The notes below the pieces were generated by a model. That model saw only the letters and a program-made list of their open reading frames with translations, was not told the origin of the DNA and searched no databases. DNA of 64,000 bases from a virus. The DNA lies in the IMG/VR virus record IMGVR_UViG_3300028610_000244, positions 33,869 through 97,868 of that record. One strand, given 5' to 3'. Positions 16,905 through 22,750 of the stretch are shown piece after piece. How positions within the stretch are numbered: position 1 is the first letter of the stretch; each line of letters begins with the position of its first letter. The translations under genes and the position numbers were made by a program.

Positions 16905-17713
16905 TCGTAGTTCCTCACTGTTTCAGCAATCGGAAATTGTGGCACGCCTGAATCGTAGAAGTCCCAGCAATGGATCGTCAGCATCTGTCCAATGACTTCT
17001 TCACGCTCGGCCCACATCTCGTATCGGTCAGCGTAAGGACCGTCTGGGCTCGCACCAAAGGTCGTCTTGTCGTTGATCGGCTCACCTGGGAAATGCCCAG
17101 GTCGCCACAGCCGGTACACCGGCGTGCCGGCAGCTTTGCCTTTGCCTTCCCAGACCGCCGCAATCATAAACTCAGCGTGCTTGAGGGGCTTGCGTTTCAT
17201 CAATCGGCCAAGAGCAGAGCCCCAACGATACGGTGTGTTGGATCGGAAGATCAGGCCCTCATAACCTTGTTCCAGCCACTGCTCGTAGTAGGCGTCAACT
17301 TCTTCGATACATGTCACTTGCCTCGTGAGACAGTCACCACCTACTATTTCGTAGCGATCCACGAAGTCCATCGCAGGGCTCGCCTTGCAGAGACCATCGA
17401 AGACCGGGAAGATCAAGTCTTTGCTTAATGGCTTCTCTTTCTTCACTGCTCCGTTGGTCCGCTGGATGCTGATGCCCATCTCAATTGGGAAGCAGGCTTC
17501 GCCGTCTCGCGTCCAACCTTGCGGCACCGGACCTAACTGCTCGCGGATCATTCTCTGAATATGAGGCTTGTGTTCGTTGCCTTCTCGTGTCAAGACAGTG
17601 ACACCGTCATCCATGAAACGGATACCGTTGTGTTTCGGCTGCACGAACGCCGGGAAGATAGCTCGCTTCGCTTCCCACACTGTCGCCTTCATATAGATTT
17701 TTGACTTACTCAT
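16901..17713 (-). CDS. Minimal ATP-dependent DNA ligase
   Basis: QPKHNGIR (motif I), DGE, VFD, GYEGL, MKRKP, C-terminal OB fold ending G.PQFP; start MSKSK after GAGGAG. Confidence 0.85.
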   Translation of the reverse strand: MSKSKIYMKATVWEAKRAIFPAFVQPKHNGIRFMDDGVTVLTREGNEHKPHIQRMIREQLGPVPQGWTRDGEACFPIEMGISIQRTNGAVKKEKPLSKDLIFPVFDGLCKASPAMDFVDRYEIVGGDCLTRQVTCIEEVDAYYEQWLEQGYEGLIFRSNTPYRWGSALGRLMKRKPLKHAEFMIAAVWEGKGKAAGTPVYRLWRPGHFPGEPINDKTTFGASPDGPYADRYEMWAEREEVIGQMLTIHCWDFYDSGVPQFPIAETVRNYE

Positions 17714-17733
17714 TTTTCTCTCCTCAGTAGTTA

Positions 17734-17805
17734 AAGCCCTGCTACGAATCGAACGTAAGTTGCCGGGGTCAAATCCCGGTGTAATAGCCACTATACGACA
17801 GGGCC
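17734..17805 (-). tRNA. tRNA-Gln(UUG), CCA not encoded
   Basis: GGCCCTG/CAGGGCT acceptor stem, CCGGG-ATTTGAC-CCCGG anticodon arm, TTACG-TTCGATT-CGTAG T arm. Confidence 0.85.
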
Positions 17806-17816
17806 GGTATAATTGC

Positions 17817-17915
17817 GTGACACAGTCGATGAACGTGGCCTTTGTTCATTCGGCAGGCACCTGCGTCAGGCGTTAGTCCTGTTTCAGTTGCGGGTGTCAC
17901 TTGCCCGCAACGTCA
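17817..17915 (-). ncRNA. Candidate multi-hairpin RNA between the two tRNAs
   Basis: Stems GTTGCGGG/CCCGCAAC, CAGG/CCTG, GCAG/CTGC, ATGAAC/GTTCAT. Confidence 0.45.
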
Positions 17916-17923
17916 GAATATAC

Positions 17924-17997
17924 TGGGAACACCTGGAGTCGAACCAGGAGTCTCTCGGTTATCGGCCGAGTGCTTTAGCCAGTTAAGCTATGCTCCC
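17924..17997 (-). tRNA. tRNA-Ile(GAU), CCA not encoded
   Basis: GGGAGCA/TGTTCCC acceptor, GCTT/AAGC D stem, CTCGG-CCGATAA-CCGAG anticodon arm, CCTGG-TTCGACT-CCAGG T arm. Confidence 0.9.
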
Positions 17998-18123
17998 TTA
18001 TGATAGCGTGCGTAGTACACCGAGTCGTTACCGTCCCGATGCCGGGCACCTACGCTGCGTTTCCTGAGTCGCTCGACGCGGTAGCATAAAGCTTCTCAGT
18101 TCCCCCGTTTGGTATAATAGCGT

Positions 18124-18216
18124 GAGAGCCATACAGGGATCAAACCTGCGTCTCCCGAACCCGACCGTGGATGTACGGTCTACAGCCACCTGTCCAATTG
18201 CTCAGTGTACGGCCTC
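18124..18216 (-). ncRNA. tRNA-like element (acceptor-like stem plus T arm, non-canonical middle)
   Basis: GCCGT/ATGGC terminal pairing, GCAGG-TTTGATC-CCTGT T-like arm, GACCGT/ACGGTC hairpin. Confidence 0.45.
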
Positions 18217-18221
18217 GCAAT

Positions 18222-18356
18222 ATGAGGACTTGGTTCGGACGCATCATCTAAATGCTAATGGCCCATCAGTACAGCCGTTGCAGGGCAGCGGGCAGGGCCA
18301 CGCTTGTGTCCCATCAGTTAGTAAGCACTTGTCCTCACTGCCCTGCAACGGTTGGT
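18222..18356 (-). ncRNA. Candidate small RNA with ~19-bp terminal stem
   Basis: CAACCGTTGCAGGGCAGTG pairs with CGCTGCCCTGCAACGGCTG; downstream of promoter 18394-18421. Confidence 0.6.
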
Positions 18357-18393
18357 ATTTTGTTTTCAAAGAGCTTCGTTCCTCACTGCTTAA

Positions 18394-18421
18394 AGTATAA
18401 CATATAATTGAATATATGCAA
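18394..18421 (-). promoter_or_regulatory. Early-type sigma70 promoter driving the RNA cluster
   Basis: TTGCAT-N16-TATACT-TTAAGCAGTGAGGA with extended TG. Confidence 0.8.
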
Positions 18422-18450
18422 ATGAAAACTTTGAGAATTTGAAGATTCTA

Positions 18451-18996
18451 TTATCGGACTAACTGGACTCCGTTGATCCCAAATTGCCGCCGCAGTTCTT
18501 TTCCGGCCACGACGCCCATGTAGTGTGTCACGGTCTGCAACAGTGCCGAGCAATAGATCGGCCCATGACCTTGACGGTGAGTCGGTACGTGCATCAGCTC
18601 ATGCAGAGCCGTGATGCGGTGGTTCATGCAGCCGTTGCCTGGGAATTTCAGCGTGACATCAAACGCCAGGGTCTGCCCGTACACACTTATCTGCTTACGG
18701 TTACAGACCGCCGTCTGTTTGCGGCGTCTGCTAAACTGCACCTTGAACTTCACCTTACCGAATCGGTCAACGAACCACTTATCCGTAGAGACCTTCCGCA
18801 AGAAACCCAGCATCGCTGGATTGCTCATCCGTTCCTCGGGCAGCACCTTCTTCATCTCCCACTCAGACCTATACTCACGACGCTGCTGACTGTCACGACC
18901 TAGTGCCTTGTACTTGTATGGTTCCCAATGAGGCGTCGATGGATGCTTACCAAAACCATCATTCGACACGGGTGTCATCTCAATAGTCATATCCAT
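18451..18996 (-). CDS. SprT-like HExxH zinc metallopeptidase
   Basis: ALHELMH.....GHGPIY. Confidence 0.75.
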   Translation of the reverse strand: MDMTIEMTPVSNDGFGKHPSTPHWEPYKYKALGRDSQQRREYRSEWEMKKVLPEERMSNPAMLGFLRKVSTDKWFVDRFGKVKFKVQFSRRRKQTAVCNRKQISVYGQTLAFDVTLKFPGNGCMNHRITALHELMHVPTHRQGHGPIYCSALLQTVTHYMGVVAGKELRRQFGINGVQLVR

Positions 18997-18997
18997 A

Positions 18998-19276
18998 TCA
19001 GTCCTCCACCAATGTCACCATGTAGGGAAGGCTTTGGCTCTCGGAGCCATCTTCCCATGCGATCTGTAGACCACAGACCGGACCCACCAGGATGCCGGTA
19101 ACGATGCCGGTCTGCTTCCCGTACTTAGCCTTATGGGCTTTGGTCAGCATCCCCAAGTCGGCGGACTTGACTCTCTTGTTCATGTACTCTGCTTTCAGGT
19201 CTGTCACCTGGGCCAGTTGGCTCTCCGCCTGATCGTGCTGCTCTTGCTGCATCTGATATAGTCTTGTCTGATCCAT
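18998..19276 (-). CDS. Hypothetical protein (MDQTRL...), SH3-like C-terminus
   Basis: AGGAG RBS before ATG 19276. Confidence 0.6.
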   Translation of the reverse strand: MDQTRLYQMQQEQHDQAESQLAQVTDLKAEYMNKRVKSADLGMLTKAHKAKYGKQTGIVTGILVGPVCGLQIAWEDGSESQSLPYMVTLVED

Positions 19277-19331
19277 TGCGTTCTCCTGTTTGTCTATCTT
19301 TACGTGGACTTTTCTCAACTTTTGTCTATGT

Positions 19332-19683
19332 TTATATGGACTTTTGGGGGTAGTAGTGACCCCAATACCATTGGTCAATCGTGTCCAGGGTGCCGTATGC
19401 GTGTCCCTTATGGATGACGCCATAGCCTTTGATCCCAAAGACTTCGCCGGTTGCCTTGACGACCATAAGCTTACCAGAGCCGCCCACGTCGATCTTGTCG
19501 TACTTCTTGCCGAATTTGATCCAGGTTGTGTGGTTGACTCGGTTGGGCTCGCAGTCTACGTTGTCAAGCACGAGCTGTGCCAGTTGATCTGCTTCGAGCT
19601 TCTGGGCAAGAGCCAGGAGCTTGTCGGCGTATTCCTGTTCTGCTATACTTACGAAGTCACGTTTCTCTGCGAATCCAGCCATG
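19332..19683 (-). CDS. Conserved-looking early phage protein
   Basis: GKKY.KI...SG..MV...TGEVF..K.Y pattern; GAGGAG RBS; start approximate (MAGFAE). Confidence 0.65.
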
Positions 19684-19722
19684 TCATTCTCCTCGATACT
19701 CGGTTGCGTCCTCACTGCTTAA

Positions 19723-19751
19723 AGTATACTACACAGATTGATTCTATGCAA
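19723..19751 (-). promoter_or_regulatory. Early-type sigma70 promoter
   Basis: TTGCAT-N17-TATACT-TTAAGCAGTGAGGA with AT-rich UP region. Confidence 0.8.
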
Positions 19752-19816
19752 ATAGAAAATAAAATTTATTTATGTTTTGCATTCCATGAATATTGGCGTA
19801 GACTTTGAAGAGACTA

Positions 19817-19846
19817 TAAAAATAGCCAGGGTCCGAAGACCCCGGC
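19817..19846 (-). terminator. Intrinsic terminator
   Basis: GCCGGGGTC-TTCG-GACCCTGGC followed by TATTTT. Confidence 0.85.
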
Positions 19847-19878
19847 GTACTGGAGGAGAGGAGTGAGAGGTGAAGTGC

Positions 19879-20679
19879 TTATTGAAAGATGCGAATACGT
19901 AGCTCCGCATCAAGTCTGTTGAGTGGCGTGGCAAAGCCCATAGAGGCTGTGCTGTTTAGTCGGGCTATTATGATGCCGGCGACCTTTCCATCTACTATGG
20001 CAGGTCCGCCGCTGCATCCACCCCAAGCAAAACCGTCGTAGACAAATTTATTTTTCCAGTTTTCACTTGACACGCGAGCCCAAGTTATGATAAGCTGGGG
20101 CTCGTCGCCGAATGGCGTGCCTATGCAAATGACCTCAGCACCAAGAACAGGAGACGGACCCATATCCAACCACGGCCCACATCGGCCTTCTATAATGACC
20201 AGGGCTAGATCGTCATTGAAGTCCTCAAGAACCTCTACGGCTCTATACTCTACGCCGTCAGGTCCGGTAACGAAGACGGTCTCATCCGCTATTCGGTCAT
20301 CCACTACGTGCTTCGCAGTAAGCAGCTTATTATCGGACACAAAGACGCCGGTGCCCCGTGTCGGTCCACGGAATACAGTTATCGGACCATTTTGTCTCGG
20401 CTTCTGCATGACCCGGAGAGTGGCCGAGCTTGACCGTAATCGTAGAAGGTCCAACCCACCGTTTGCAGAACCCAACCCACCGTCTGTTAGGTCCAACCCA
20501 CCCTCCGTAGAACCCAACCCACCCTTGAGCTGAGCGATCCTGTTGTGCAGAGAATCCAACCCACCCTCTTGCATGTGGTTCCAATGTCGCAGGCTGACTA
20601 AGTCACTCTCTTGGCGGTTGCACAAGAAGACTGTTAATCCAAGTGTCACGGTAAGCAAGATGTTTGTCAGTGTCTTCAT
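19879..20679 (-). CDS. Membrane-anchored or secreted trypsin-like serine protease
   Basis: N-terminal hydrophobic helix; GTG, LTAKHV (His), DDLA (Asp), GCSGGP (Ser); start MKTLT after GGAG. Confidence 0.85.
   Translation of the reverse strand: MKTLTNILLTVTLGLTVFLCNRQESDLVSLRHWNHMQEGGLDSLHNRIAQLKGGLGSTEGGLDLTDGGLGSANGGLDLLRLRSSSATLRVMQKPRQNGPITVFRGPTRGTGVFVSDNKLLTAKHVVDDRIADETVFVTGPDGVEYRAVEVLEDFNDDLALVIIEGRCGPWLDMGPSPVLGAEVICIGTPFGDEPQLIITWARVSSENWKNKFVYDGFAWGGCSGGPAIVDGKVAGIIIARLNSTASMGFATPLNRLDAELRIRIFQ
20451..20565. repeat. Five copies of CCAACCCACC at 21-bp periodicity
   Basis: Copies start at 20451, 20472, 20493, 20514 and 20556. Confidence 0.9.
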
Positions 20680-20690
20680 AGTTCTCCCTA

Positions 20691-21020
20691 TTAAGCGGAT
20701 GGGTCTTGTGTAAATGTGGGGCATTCCCAAACTGGTGACACTACGCAGTGCCTGACGCAATTCCCATAAATCTGTTGAGCCTTGGGACAATTACCCTGCT
20801 CGCCAGGATGAAATCGCTTGCAGTCAAAACAAAGACAATACTGTCGATGTTTGCCCATGAGATCGGCTCGGACCCACACTCGCTGGCCGTGATGCTCGTA
20901 CTGCGTGAATCGTTTTGCAGGTCTACGGATGCCTCGGACCACGGCTCGGCCAACCCAGACGAAGCAGGCCAGTAAGAAGGCCATCCCTGCCGCCACCATT
21001 GTGCCTACGATATATTCCAT
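20691..21020 (-). CDS. Membrane protein with Cys-rich C-terminal domain
   Basis: N-terminal TM helix; CLCFDC...C...C...ECP. Confidence 0.7.
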   Translation of the reverse strand: MEYIVGTMVAAGMAFLLACFVWVGRAVVRGIRRPAKRFTQYEHHGQRVWVRADLMGKHRQYCLCFDCKRFHPGEQGNCPKAQQIYGNCVRHCVVSPVWECPTFTQDPSA

Positions 21021-21093
21021 TTCGATTCTCCCAAGGAGAGGCCGACCGGGCGATGTCTATAACACCGATCCCGATCTCCTGGCCCCGTTAAGG

Positions 21094-21750
21094 TTAAAGT
21101 AGTGCCAACGCCTGCTTCACCGCTTTGCGGGTTTCAGGTGTTTGGCTGGCTTTCAGGATTGACTTGATGTCCAGACCACCATCGCTTTCCTTTGCCGTGA
21201 CTAACACATTTTTCATAGAGGCGACGAGATTGACAATCGTCCTATCCCGCTCATCGACTTCACCTTTGACACCGCCTAGAGCAAGTTCCATATCTTCGGG
21301 TGTAATGTCCTGGGGACGTTTACGCATTAAGCCCAGGTAGCCGCCACCAGCGATGCCGATAAGTCCGAGACCCATAGCAAGCACGCCGGTCGTCGGATTA
21401 AAGATGAAGTCCTCACGGGCAACTGCGATCTCGACGTCACCGTCTACTGTGCCTTTCAGGATGTCATCATTCAGTTTCTTCTTCTCAATCATGTGCTGCA
21501 ACTCTTGGTCCGTGAGTATAACGGCAGCGTTAAAGTCGGTCTGTAGTCGTAGCACCGATGCCAAGCTCGGATAGCCGAACAAGCCCCTGTAGTCGTCGGG
21601 ATCGCCGACACCGGCCTCTGCATTGTAAGCCTTGACGTCTTTATCAACGCGGCCCGGCGACAGTTCCTGGGACAACGTACCAATACAGCCGCCACCGATC
21701 ACCACTATTGCCAACACAAGGTAAGCAAGTGTTCTCTTAATTCTTCTCAT
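21094..21750 (-). CDS. Putative lipoprotein/membrane protein with an internal TM helix
   Basis: MRRIKR..LVLAIVVIGGGC lipobox-like signal; second TM GVLAMGLGLIGIAGGGYLGL. Confidence 0.7.
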   Translation of the reverse strand: MRRIKRTLAYLVLAIVVIGGGCIGTLSQELSPGRVDKDVKAYNAEAGVGDPDDYRGLFGYPSLASVLRLQTDFNAAVILTDQELQHMIEKKKLNDDILKGTVDGDVEIAVAREDFIFNPTTGVLAMGLGLIGIAGGGYLGLMRKRPQDITPEDMELALGGVKGEVDERDRTIVNLVASMKNVLVTAKESDGGLDIKSILKASQTPETRKAVKQALALL

Positions 21751-22226
21751 TTCTCGTATCTCCTAATAACTCCATCTACTAACGCTTCGACTGCGGAAAT
21801 ATACGATGATTTCCGCTTTAAGAATTCTCTATGCAAATCCACCCTGACGTCCAGGTCCGGGATGTTATTGATGACGAGACTTGCGGCTTTGAATCGCTCA
21901 TCCAACTCAACTTCTTGTTTCATCAATTCCGTGTAGACGAGGATGTGGGTGACGCTACAGTCTGTGATCTCCTCAATGTAGTCGGCCTTCGCTACGTCGG
22001 TCTTCGCTATATGGCAAAGGATGCTGGCCCCACTCCCCAGGGATAGCCGGACTTCTTGAAGCTCAGGCGTCTCCTCAAGGTGGCCGATGTCACTGTATTG
22101 GACGTCCATGATCTCTGGAGGTCTCGTGGTCAAGATCGACTCCTGGAACGCGGCAGGGTTTGTGGAGTAGACTGTGATCGACTCTCTGGATTGGAAGACG
22201 AGGGTTATTGGTGTCATGCCACACAC
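21747..22226 (-). CDS. Hypothetical protein
   Basis: Tightly packed 159-aa ORF. Confidence 0.6.
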   Translation of the reverse strand: MCGMTPITLVFQSRESITVYSTNPAAFQESILTTRPPEIMDVQYSDIGHLEETPELQEVRLSLGSGASILCHIAKTDVAKADYIEEITDCSVTHILVYTELMKQEVELDERFKAASLVINNIPDLDVRVDLHREFLKRKSSYISAVEALVDGVIRRYEK

Positions 22227-22432
22227 TCCTCCAATTCGGGGAACAAGACTTCGACGTCGCCACCATGAATCTCGCTGAACGCTTGTAACAAAGTTTGTCG
22301 GCAGGCGTCCAGTTCTCTTCCGCTATCCTGGTCCTCGGCAGGACACGCTACGAGGCATTCACTCTCGATGGTGGTGAATACAATGCCGTTTATGTATATA
22401 ATTGCAGTCGTAATATTCATTCTGTTCTCCAA
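22214..22432 (-). CDS. Hypothetical protein
   Basis: First ORF after promoter 22445-22473. Confidence 0.55.
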   Translation of the reverse strand: MENRMNITTAIIYINGIVFTTIESECLVACPAEDQDSGRELDACRQTLLQAFSEIHGGDVEVLFPELEECVA

Positions 22433-22444
22433 TCCAATATCACC

Positions 22445-22473
22445 AGTATATCAACATCAAAGCTCTTTGTCAA
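22445..22473 (-). promoter_or_regulatory. sigma70 promoter
   Basis: TTGACA-N17-TATACT with extended TG. Confidence 0.8.
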
Positions 22474-22750
22474 CCATTTTCAGGATTATTTTCATCTTTT
22501 GGTTCGGCAGCTCCTGGACATAGCCCACCCACAATTGGACGCACTCTGGGCACCTACGCAGAATAGCCCCATGCCGGTTGAGTACGATCCCGTACAGTAC
22601 AACCTTATCACGAGCCACGATCACGGGCTTGCCTAACGCACTCTCACACTTCCTACAATATATCTTTGGATACTGCTCTTGTCTCGGTGTTCCCATTAGT
22701 TGCCTTCCTAGAATGGTGGTTGGTCGTCGTTCTCGGGTACGTCTTGCCAT
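22457..22750 (-). CDS. Zinc-ribbon protein
   Basis: YCRKC...RCPEC. Confidence 0.55.
   Translation of the reverse strand: MARRTRERRPTTILGRQLMGTPRQEQYPKIYCRKCESALGKPVIVARDKVVLYGIVLNRHGAILRRCPECVQLWVGYVQELPNQKMKIILKMVDKEL

Noticed and set aside
17714-17791. N-terminal extension of the ligase in the ORF track
   Set aside because: It overlaps tRNA-Gln; the RBS-led start is at 17713.
17855-17916. Canonical hammerhead or theta ribozyme downstream of tRNA-Ile
   Set aside because: The core reads CUGACGU and GAC instead of CUGANGA and GUH, and I could not build an HDV-like double pseudoknot by eye.
20451-20565. CRISPR or mini-array reading of the CCAACCCACC repeats
   Set aside because: 10-nt repeats with 11-nt spacers are far too short, lie in frame in a gene, and no cas genes are present.
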